Assembly (NCBI GenBank): GCA_964557415.1
Contig: CAZLBB010000007.1
Location: forward strand, 9,064-73,063
Length of the DNA stretch: 64,000 nucleotides
Direction: 5' to 3'
DNA from: an uncultured Rhodospirillaceae bacterium
GTDB taxonomy: Bacteria > Pseudomonadota > Alphaproteobacteria > JAEULC01
Positions within the stretch are counted from its first letter, which is position 1. Each line of letters starts with the position of its first letter. The notes beneath the pieces were generated by a model. It made no database searches, had not been told where the DNA came from, and saw only the letters and a program-made list of their open reading frames with translations. Of the stretch, positions 19,344-27,029 are shown in pieces. Made by a program: the position numbers and the translations under genes.

Positions 19344-19439
19344 CTGTTGAACAAGGCGGCGGAGAAGCTTGAGCTCAGCGCGCGCGGCGATCACCGGGTG
19401 ATGCGCATGGCTTGCGCGACGGCCTGTCTCGCCGGCGCC
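19344..19439 (+). pseudogene. Internal fragment (~32 codons) homologous to the comM 3-prime region. It is truncated at both ends.
   Basis: Seen directly in the sequence. 19344-19439 aligns codon-for-codon to comM 14930-15025: LLNKAAEKLELSARGDHRVMRMACATACLAGA versus LLNTAAEKLKLSARGYHRVMRVARTLADLDGA. Many of the differences are synonymous. Confidence 0.6.
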
Positions 19440-19461
19440 CCCGCTTGCCGGCGCGGGCGAA

Positions 19462-19566
19462 CGCGTTGTGCATGAAGTGGGTGCGGCAGCGCCGCCAGGA
19501 CGCATGCAGCACCTTGGTCACAGCCGCATTCAGCTCCTCATGCGCGTCCGAGACGACCAGCTTCAT
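19462..19566 (-). mobile_element. Relic of an IS256-family (Mutator-type) transposase gene, a ~35-aa internal piece
   Basis: The translation KLVVSDAHEELNAAVTKVLHASWRRCRTHFMHNA matches the conserved IS256 transposase block (V[IV]SDAHEGLK ... WQRCxVHFxRN). Only about 105 bp remain and no inverted repeats were recognised. Confidence 0.5.
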
Positions 19567-19623
19567 GCAAGCAGGCGCTGTCGCGGCGGCGGCAAACGGC
19601 GGACCGGAAGGGCCGGCGCTGGC

Positions 19624-20910
19624 TCATTGCGGCGCGCGATACGCGGCCCGGCACAGGCGCACGGGCTGGCTGCGCCCGCGCACGGGCTGCGGCGGCAGCT
19701 CGATCCATTCCACGCCGGGCAGCTCCCCGGCCGCGTCGGCGGCCTCGCGCGAGACCAGCAGGTCCACGTCGTTCTCGCGCGTCAGCCGCTCGATTCGCTC
19801 GGCGGTGTTCACCGTGTCGCCGATGACGGTGTACTCCAGCCGCCGCGGGTGGCCGATCACGCCGGCCATGACCTGGCCGTAATGGATACCGATGCCGATG
19901 CCGATCGGCTCATCGCCGCGGGCGGCGCGCTCGCGGTTCCATTGCTCGATCTCGTGGAGCAGGCCGAACGCGGCGAGAATCGCCATGCGGGCGTCGTTGG
20001 CGCCGGTGGGAGGCGCGCCGAACACCGCCATCACGGAATCGCCCATGAACTTGTCCAGCGTGCCGCGGCGTTCGAAGACGGCGTGGGCGCAGCGCGACCG
20101 GAACTCGTTGAGGAACGCCGCGACCGCCTCCGGCTCCTTGCGCTCGGACATGGCGGTGAAGCCGCGGATGTCGGCGAACAGGACGGCCGCCGTCAGGCGC
20201 TGCGGCCGCTCGATCGCCGCCGCCCCTTCGTAGCTCAGCGACGCGACGAGGTTGGGCGGCAGGAAGGGGGCGAGGTTCGCGCGCATGCGGCTGACGACGA
20301 TGTTCGACAGGCGCAACTGGTGCTTGCGCGCGACCACGAAGGCGAGCGCCGCGGCCGTGAGCGCGACGATCGCCATGCGTACCGCGACGCCGTGCGCCGG
20401 GCCGTGCAGCGGCCCGCCGCTCAGCTCGCCCGCGGCCAGATCTTCCGGCTGCAGCCAATCAAGCATGGCGAAGACCGCAAACCAGCCGCCGATGAAAAGC
20501 CCCGCCGTGTAGACGACCAGCCCGGGGTGGTAGCGGATCGCGGCATGGGCCAGGAACAGGAAGATCAGCCCGGCGATCGGCAGCGCGAGCGTCTCGGTGA
20601 ACGGAACGTGCCCCGCCTGCGCGATCATGGTCAGCAGCGTGAGGAGCAGCAGCACGTCGCATGTCGCCAGCGCCCAGGCCACCCAGACGGGGGGGATATC
20701 GATCCGGCCGCGGCGCGTGACCCAGAAATCGGCCGCGGTCACGATGCCGTAGCCGACCAGGATCGGAATGCCGTGGTGCGCCGGCCCGTGGTGCTGCACG
20801 CTGAGCAGGACGACCGCCAGCCCGAGGAAGCTGAGCAGCCGGATGGTCGCCGAGGCGCGCTCGCTGCGGCGTTCCGATTCCAGGATCACGCGGCGGATAT
20901 GGGTCCTCAT
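19624..20910 (-). CDS. Membrane-anchored class III adenylate/guanylate cyclase
   Basis: N-terminal multi-TM region plus a C-terminal CYC domain (LFADIRGFTAMSE ... FMGDSVMAVFGAP ... IGIGIHYGQVMAGVIG ... GDTVNTAERIE). Start chosen at Met 20910 (MRTHIRR); the ORF-track start at 21036 is an alternative. Confidence 0.8.
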   Translation of the reverse strand: MRTHIRRVILESERRSERASATIRLLSFLGLAVVLLSVQHHGPAHHGIPILVGYGIVTAADFWVTRRGRIDIPPVWVAWALATCDVLLLLTLLTMIAQAGHVPFTETLALPIAGLIFLFLAHAAIRYHPGLVVYTAGLFIGGWFAVFAMLDWLQPEDLAAGELSGGPLHGPAHGVAVRMAIVALTAAALAFVVARKHQLRLSNIVVSRMRANLAPFLPPNLVASLSYEGAAAIERPQRLTAAVLFADIRGFTAMSERKEPEAVAAFLNEFRSRCAHAVFERRGTLDKFMGDSVMAVFGAPPTGANDARMAILAAFGLLHEIEQWNRERAARGDEPIGIGIGIHYGQVMAGVIGHPRRLEYTVIGDTVNTAERIERLTRENDVDLLVSREAADAAGELPGVEWIELPPQPVRGRSQPVRLCRAAYRAPQ

Positions 20911-21120
20911 CCCGGCCCCCGCGGAGCCAGCCGCGCCCCGGCCTTCGCCCGACAGCCCCCGACTTGCCCGCTGGTCATGCAATCGCCTCCCCGCCGACTG
21001 AGCGTATTCGTACGGCGCGCGGTCATCCAGAACCAAGTGCCTCGGGGCCCGATCATAGGGTTGGAAATCTTCAATTGATCCAAATCATTGCCGAATTCGC
21101 CACGGATGAGATGATATGTG

Positions 21121-21378
21121 ATGCTCGAGGCGAACCCTTGGCGCGAAAAGGCGCTGAAACTGCTGGTCGTTGCCGAGACGAATTCGGACCCGGAAGAGCG
21201 CCTTCACTATCAGCTTGCCGCGGTCGCCCTGATGGACCTCGCAGAGAACGCCGAGAATCCTCAAGCGGCCGTGTGCACGGATTGCGGCTCGCCCCATGCA
21301 TGCCCGATGGGCTGCGCAGGCGCAGAAATGTCGGCGGCTCTCGGGATCGCTGGTGCAGTGGTCGGCTGCATCTCGTAG
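21121..21378 (+). CDS. Small hypothetical protein (85 aa) with a Cys-rich C-terminal segment
   Basis: GC3-biased codon usage. Sits downstream of an AT-rich promoter-like stretch at 21061-21117. No family recognised. Confidence 0.3.
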   Translation: MLEANPWREKALKLLVVAETNSDPEERLHYQLAAVALMDLAENAENPQAAVCTDCGSPHACPMGCAGAEMSAALGIAGAVVGCIS

Positions 21379-21465
21379 CTCCGACCTGGCTGCAGCCGAT
21401 TTGGTGCTGCGAGATGCCTGGCTGACCGAGGCCCGGGACAGGCTGCCCGGGCGTGGAGGTCGCCG

Positions 21466-21894
21466 ATGACGACAATCGGACAGCTGCTCGATCGCAAGGG
21501 CCACGACGCTTACGCCATCGCGAAGGGATCGACGGTGTTCGACGCCATCAGGACGATGGCGGACCATGACGTGGGCTCGTTGCTGGTCATGGACGGCGAC
21601 AAACTCATCGGCATCGTCACCGAGCGGCAATACGCGCGGAATGTCTTTCTGAAGGGGAAATCTTCGCCGACGACGCGCGTCGAAGAGATCATGCGGACAC
21701 CGGTGCTCGTCGCACGGCCCGATCAGTCAGTGGAAGAAGCTATGGCGGTGATGACCAAAGGACGCGTTCGCCACCTTCCGGTTCTCGATGGCGAGAAGAT
21801 CGTCGGCGTCGTTTCGATCGGCGACCTGGTGAGCAGCAAGATCGCCGACCAGGAATTCGTCATCGACCAGCTCGAGCACTACATCCGGAGCTAG
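21466..21894 (+). CDS. CBS-pair domain protein
   Basis: 142 aa with two tandem CBS motifs (VGSLLVMDGDKLIGIVTERQ ... RVRHLPVLDGEKIVGVVSIGDLV). Confidence 0.85.
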   Translation: MTTIGQLLDRKGHDAYAIAKGSTVFDAIRTMADHDVGSLLVMDGDKLIGIVTERQYARNVFLKGKSSPTTRVEEIMRTPVLVARPDQSVEEAMAVMTKGRVRHLPVLDGEKIVGVVSIGDLVSSKIADQEFVIDQLEHYIRS

Positions 21895-21947
21895 CGCGGC
21901 AGACTCTCAGCGCCGGCCACCTGTGCGGCGGCGCCGTGCGGCGGCCG

Positions 21948-22538
21948 CTATTTTGCCACGACCTGCTTCCACGCCGCTTCCCAGTCCTTCGGCAGCTTGT
22001 GTGCGATTCCCTGGTGGCAGTCGATGCAGGTCATTCCCTTCTCGCGCGCTTCGGCGTGCCTGCGCTGCGCCGGGCGCACCTGCTTTTCCTTGTCCATGAA
22101 CTCGAAAGCGTGGCAGTTGCGGCATTCGCGCGAGTCGGTCGACCTCATTGCCGTCCACACGGACTTGGCCAGCTCGGTACGGGCTGTCTCGAACTTCTCG
22201 GGCGTGCCCACGGTGCCGACGATCTTGTGGTACAGCTCGTTCGTGGCGCGAACCTTGCGCACCACCTTGTGGACCCATTCCTTCGGCACGTGACAGTCGG
22301 AGCAGACGGCGCGCACGCCGGTGCGATTGCTGAAATGCGGCGTGGTCTTTATTTCGGCGTACACGTTGTCGCGCATCTCGTGGCACGAGATGCAGAAGGC
22401 TTCGGTGTTCGACAGCTCCATCGCCCAGTTGAAGCCGCCCCAGAACACGATGCCGGCGGCGAACGACGCCAGCACGAATCCGGCCAGCAGCCATCCGCCG
22501 CGCGGTGCGCCCAGCCATTTGCAAATGCGCTTGAACAT
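21948..22538 (-). CDS. NapC/NirT/CymA-family membrane-anchored tetrahaem cytochrome c (quinol dehydrogenase)
   Basis: N-terminal TM helix plus four CxxCH motifs (CISCH, CSDCH, CRNCH, CIDCH) in the characteristic NapC/NirT spacing. Confidence 0.85.
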   Translation of the reverse strand: MFKRICKWLGAPRGGWLLAGFVLASFAAGIVFWGGFNWAMELSNTEAFCISCHEMRDNVYAEIKTTPHFSNRTGVRAVCSDCHVPKEWVHKVVRKVRATNELYHKIVGTVGTPEKFETARTELAKSVWTAMRSTDSRECRNCHAFEFMDKEKQVRPAQRRHAEAREKGMTCIDCHQGIAHKLPKDWEAAWKQVVAK

Positions 22539-22661
22539 GCTGCCGGTTCCTTTTCTGGGATGTTCGCCTGCCGGACCAGATCCCCGGCAATCGAATCATC
22601 GCGGCGATGTTGATGGCGCCCGGCCGAGTGTCTAATCGGCCGGGCGCCGGCGAGGGAGGGG

Positions 22662-23981
22662 CTAGTTGAGGGTCACCGCCTTGATAGTGGCGTCCGCGCC
22701 GATCCCGAGGCTCAACGGGAACGAGACGAAATGGTAGCGCGTGGTGACGTTGTCGTCGTGCACCGCGATGCCGATCGTGTACACGCCGCCAACCTTCATG
22801 ATCTTGTCGTCCGCCGGATTGCCGGTATCCAGCTTGCGCCGCCACAACAGCGTGTAGGCGCCGTCCTTCCACATTCCCTTCGCGTAGTCGTTGTCGGCGG
22901 CCGATCCCTTGGCGTCGGCGCGGCTGATCAGGCGGCCGGGAAGGATGTCGCCCTCCTTCCACCCCGCGTTCGGGTCGAAGGGCGCGGCGTTCTCCTCGCG
23001 CACGACCGCCGCCGGCTTGGCGGCGTTGCCGATGTCCTCGGCGCGCAACGCCTTGAAGCCCGTCTTGGCGGAATCGAACATGTATTTCGGCAGTTTGGTC
23101 TTGCCGTCGATGTTGGAAGCGAACGGATTGGCGCCGGCATCGAACAAACGGAATTCCAGCACGTAGCCGTCGTCGGCCATGCCGACGGGGTTGCTGCGCG
23201 CGGTCCGCCACTGCATGAGGTCGAGGAACTGGCCGGCGGCCTTCAGCTTGGCGATCTCCTCGGCCGATTTCGGCTTGTCCCAGCTCGCCTCCGGATCCGA
23301 GCGCGTGATGGCGAGATACTTGAGGACCTCGTCCTTCTTCATGCCGGCGTCGCCCAGGAAGGGATGCTTCTTGACGGCATCCTTGCCCGCCATCTTCGGC
23401 GCGTCGCGCATGCCGTTGTGGCAGGTCAGCCAGCAGCCCTGCTGGGCGAAGCGCTCGACCTTGCCGTCGTCGAGCATGATCGCGACGCGGTCCTCGTAGA
23501 GCGGTGGCTCGGCACCCGAGCGCACCTTCTCGTGAGAGCGATAGCTGCCGTACGACTTCCACTCCTTGCCGTCGAAGCGCACGTAGTCGTGCATGCGCCC
23601 CTCGCGGTTCATCTGGGATTTCCACTGCATGCGGAAATAGACGAACTCCTTGTCGTGCGCCGCCTGCACCGACAGCGGGAGCGTGCCGTTCTTGCCGGCG
23701 ATCGGCGTCGGCTCCAGCGGGCCGCCCTTCACCAGCTTGTTGCCGATGTCCGCCTCGTCGCCCTCGTGACAGGACAGACACGCCTTGCCTTGCGCGACCT
23801 GCTTGTCGCCCTTCTTGTGGTCGGGGCTCAGCAGCCAGTCATAGGTCGATTGTCCGGGGTAGAACAGCGTGATCGACTTGGCGGGGATCTTCGACCAGTC
23901 GATGGTCGCCGGATCGGCGGCCAGCGCGGGCCCACCCATCAGCGCAACGGCGCCCAAGAGAGCAGCCGTTTTGTTCCTCAT
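22662..23981 (-). CDS. Periplasmic dihaem c-type cytochrome of unassigned family (439 aa)
   Basis: Sec signal peptide (AVALMGGPALAADP). Exactly two CxxCH motifs (CLSCH near residue 68, CWLTCH near residue 193) and no other Cys. Sits 123 bp upstream of the NapC/NirT gene on the same strand. Confidence 0.7.
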   Translation of the reverse strand: MRNKTAALLGAVALMGGPALAADPATIDWSKIPAKSITLFYPGQSTYDWLLSPDHKKGDKQVAQGKACLSCHEGDEADIGNKLVKGGPLEPTPIAGKNGTLPLSVQAAHDKEFVYFRMQWKSQMNREGRMHDYVRFDGKEWKSYGSYRSHEKVRSGAEPPLYEDRVAIMLDDGKVERFAQQGCWLTCHNGMRDAPKMAGKDAVKKHPFLGDAGMKKDEVLKYLAITRSDPEASWDKPKSAEEIAKLKAAGQFLDLMQWRTARSNPVGMADDGYVLEFRLFDAGANPFASNIDGKTKLPKYMFDSAKTGFKALRAEDIGNAAKPAAVVREENAAPFDPNAGWKEGDILPGRLISRADAKGSAADNDYAKGMWKDGAYTLLWRRKLDTGNPADDKIMKVGGVYTIGIAVHDDNVTTRYHFVSFPLSLGIGADATIKAVTLN

Positions 23982-24627
23982 GGACCTCTCCTCTCAGTGC
24001 CAATGCCCGCGGCGCCGGCGCCATGCGATGTCGCCATTCGCCTTGCCGAGGGTCGAGGACGCCCGCACGGCCGAGAGCCGCTTCGGGTCGCGAACGAATT
24101 GATCGGTGCTCGAGCGAGAAGACTTGACGCGATGCCGAAGGCTGTCTCGCCGCGTTCGAGGAAATTGCGGTGCCGGGATGTTTGCTTGGATACCAGTAAC
24201 GGCAGCAAGTGCGATTGATCATGCCGCCGGACAGCCCCGTCTAGCCTCTGCGTCGGAGGTGGAGCTGTTCCAGTGAAGCCCGCAAACAGCCACATGTCTG
24301 CAACCGGTGGCCAAGCCCGGAAGGGCGCAAGGTTGCTTGCGTCACGCATCAAGCCTGCGAAGGGTGATCGTATCGCACTCGATCGCAGGCAGTTCCCGAG
24401 TTGGCTCCGTCCCTCGTCCGCTGGTTTTCACAAAAGTCGGGCTATGTTCGTTTGCTGGCGGGATTGCCGCATTGACATAGATCATGTCCAGCGGTCTTCG
24501 CGGCGCGATTTGGCTAGTTTCGACAGGGGACGCCGGTCGAGCGGTCTGTGCCAAGCGCGTCGCGGTGTGCTGTCATCGACGCGTTGTCCGCCTGGCGGAT
24601 CGTGCTTGGGCGATGGCGTCCTTCGGG

Positions 24628-25605
24628 CTAGATCTTGTCCCTCAATCGCTCGATCAGCGTGCGGTACAGCTCCTTGTCCGCGCCCGTCGCGGCGTCGAAG
24701 CGGTCGGTCAGCTCCTTCAGCGTCATGCCGATGTTGAGCGCGTCGCCGGGCGGGCGCGGCGAGGGCCTTGCGGTCTGTACGGTCTCGATGCCGACCTTGG
24801 GCAGGATGGCGTTGATGACGCGCTCGATCGTCTGGAACAGGAAGTCGGTGCTGTAGCCGGCCAGGAAGCCGAGCGCGGCGGCGCTGAGCTGGATCGTCTC
24901 GCCGCCCTCCGTCGTGATCTGGTTTACGAACAGCGTGATCGTGCCGCCCGCCACCGCGCCCAACAGGATGCGGTTCATGTATTCGGACTTGCGCCGCACG
25001 TCGAAGGTCCGCGCATGCAGATTGGTGTGCGCATTGCGCAGCAGGTAGACGCAGGCACCGAGACCGCCATACGAGAACGGCAGCAGCAGTTCGACAAGTT
25101 GCAGCCACGTGTTGATCCGATCGATCTCGCCATCCAGGATCGGCCCGTAGCGACGCTGCATCCAGCCGGCAAAGACGATGAACGCAGCGAAGCCGATGGT
25201 CGCCATGAACAGCCCGCGCGCGAAACGCTGCGCCGGCGCCAGGCCGTCGGAAAACCAGTCTGCGGGCGAGAACCAGCGGATCGTGATGCCGGCGGCGGCG
25301 GTCGCACGCAGCGTATCGGCGGTGACGGGATGCAGCAGTGCCGCCAGCTGATGATACGCCATCTGGAACTTGATCCAGTCCCCGGGCCCGTTCCTCAGCG
25401 CCTCGCCTGCCGGGGTCTTGTCGAGCGTGGCGGCCGTCGTCTTGATCGTCGTCATGATGTCCGAGGAAACCGTCAGGCCCTCGGCGGTCTTGAAACCGCT
25501 CTCGACGGCGTAGGTAAGCAGCTCGAGCGCGTCCTTCGCTTCCTTGCGATAGACACGCTCGGCTTCGCTTGGACTCGGCGCATCGGGCGGGAGCGGATCG
25601 CTCAT
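24628..25605 (-). CDS. Hypothetical membrane protein: an N-terminal soluble ~120 aa, 4 predicted TM helices, then a C-terminal soluble ~60 aa
   Basis: The start ATG at 25605 overlaps the stop of the upstream nuclease gene (ATGA) and is preceded by AAGGAGG (spacer ~5). The upstream part of the ORF-track entry 24628..26031 is Arg/Gly-rich read-through. Confidence 0.6.
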   Translation of the reverse strand: MSDPLPPDAPSPSEAERVYRKEAKDALELLTYAVESGFKTAEGLTVSSDIMTTIKTTAATLDKTPAGEALRNGPGDWIKFQMAYHQLAALLHPVTADTLRATAAAGITIRWFSPADWFSDGLAPAQRFARGLFMATIGFAAFIVFAGWMQRRYGPILDGEIDRINTWLQLVELLLPFSYGGLGACVYLLRNAHTNLHARTFDVRRKSEYMNRILLGAVAGGTITLFVNQITTEGGETIQLSAAALGFLAGYSTDFLFQTIERVINAILPKVGIETVQTARPSPRPPGDALNIGMTLKELTDRFDAATGADKELYRTLIERLRDKI

Positions 25606-26741
25606 AGTCCCTCCTTCGCGAACTTCTTGCAGCCCTGGTCGTAGTCGGCCGGCGCGACGGGCCAGGCCGCCGTCGCGACGCGCTTCTTCAGATTGGCGGT
25701 GTCGCCGCCGGCGTCGGTGAAGAAGCGCTGGCCCGTCAGATGCTCGATGCGCGCCACCGAGGCCAGCCAGGCCGACGGCCGGAACGGGCCCTTGCGGTAG
25801 CTCGGGTGGTCCTGCGGGTAGACGAAGGCGAGCGCGTCCCACGCGCCCGTTTCGTCCTTGCGCGCGACGATCTTGAACAGGGCGTCGGGGATGGCGACCT
25901 TGAGCGCCTTGCGTCCGGGCTCGCGCAGCCAATGCGTCGGCCGTCCTTGCAGGAAGACCGGCCCGCTGACGACCCAGATGCTGCCGTGCCGGTTCGCGAG
26001 CGCGCCGGTATAGCACTCGAGCTTGAGCCACGGCCCGCTGTTGAAGCGGCTGCGCTGCGGCACGGCGTTGCCCACGTTGTGCGTGAACTTGCCGGCGTCC
26101 GGCCCCAGCCGCTCGGCCAGGAACTTCTGCGCCATGTGGCCGCGGTCGTACCAGTTCGGATGCGCATCGCGGAAGGATTTCGAGAACTTGTAGCTGTCGT
26201 CGGTCGGCGCGATGTTGTTGCGCGCCAGGTCGGGGATCGTGTACCAGGCGCGCGGGCGCGGGCCGCCGCGCGGCTCGCGCGACTTGCGGTCGACGCGCTG
26301 GCTGACCCAGTGCGGCACGGCGAGCACGTCCGGCTTGCCGTCACCGTCGTCGTCGTCGCCCAGGTCGAAATTGACCGCGAAGGCCTGGAAGCAGACGAGC
26401 CGGTCGGTGACCGCGGCCAGGCCCGGATTGTGCTCGCCGCCCTGTTGGTCGGCGCATTCCACGATGCCGACCCGCCGCGCCTCGTCGTCGACCGGCTGCA
26501 TCTCGATGGCGCCGGCGACGACCGCGCAGAACAGCGCGACCGCGCCGATCACTGCCGCGGGCCTGACAAGGCGCGCCGCACGGCCGCTCCGTCGATCGGG
26601 CGGAGAAGCGCCAGGGAATGCCGTCACGCCTCGCTCCCCCAGTTCCCGCCGGCCGCGCCCGAGCCGAGGCGGCGGCACGACGTGATGCGGCCGCAGCTTA
26701 GCACCACACCTGCCGGAGGACACGGCCGAGTTGTGCTGCAA
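25602..26741 (-). CDS. Secreted/membrane-anchored DNA/RNA non-specific endonuclease, Serratia NucA/EndoG (His-Me finger) family
   Basis: Catalytic DRGH motif (NWYDRGHMAQ) and downstream Asn-containing region (FNSGPW). N-terminal hydrophobic signal/anchor (AAVIGAVALFCAVVAGAI) and an acidic linker (DLGDDDDGDG). The exact start is uncertain; 26741 is the most upstream ATG. Confidence 0.75.
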   Translation of the reverse strand: MQHNSAVSSGRCGAKLRPHHVVPPPRLGRGRRELGERGVTAFPGASPPDRRSGRAARLVRPAAVIGAVALFCAVVAGAIEMQPVDDEARRVGIVECADQQGGEHNPGLAAVTDRLVCFQAFAVNFDLGDDDDGDGKPDVLAVPHWVSQRVDRKSREPRGGPRPRAWYTIPDLARNNIAPTDDSYKFSKSFRDAHPNWYDRGHMAQKFLAERLGPDAGKFTHNVGNAVPQRSRFNSGPWLKLECYTGALANRHGSIWVVSGPVFLQGRPTHWLREPGRKALKVAIPDALFKIVARKDETGAWDALAFVYPQDHPSYRKGPFRPSAWLASVARIEHLTGQRFFTDAGGDTANLKKRVATAAWPVAPADYDQGCKKFAKEGL

Positions 26742-26788
26742 CCAAGTCGGGAATACCCTGCTCGCGTCGCTGCTGGGGAGGTTTGAGC

Positions 26789-26995
26789 ATGGCGTTCGTC
26801 AGGCTGACGCGGCCGGGCGGCTCGGCCGTGATCATCAACACCGACCACATCGTCCAATGCGCGCCGGTGCCGGAATCGGGGCCGCTGGCCGGCACGCAGC
26901 CGACGGGCACGCGCGTCGAGTTCGCGAACCGCACGCACCAGGACGTGGTCGAGCTGGTCGACGAGGTCGAGCGCCGGCTGGAGTTGCACGCCTAG
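26789..26995 (+). CDS. Small hypothetical protein (68 aa)
   Basis: The ATG at 26789 is preceded by GGGGAGG (spacer 7). It is divergent from the nuclease operon. Coding-like GC3. No family assigned. Confidence 0.45.
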   Translation: MAFVRLTRPGGSAVIINTDHIVQCAPVPESGPLAGTQPTGTRVEFANRTHQDVVELVDEVERRLELHA

Positions 26996-27029
26996 CGCGG
27001 CGGCCTCGCGGCCCAAGCGGACGGAGCGC

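Noticed and set aside
24273-24737. 154-aa ORF in the non-coding gap
   Set aside because: It is Cys/Arg/Ser-rich with no RBS. Its 3-prime third is antisense to the well-supported membrane-protein gene ending at 24628. It is treated as non-coding; the gap itself is reported as a finding.
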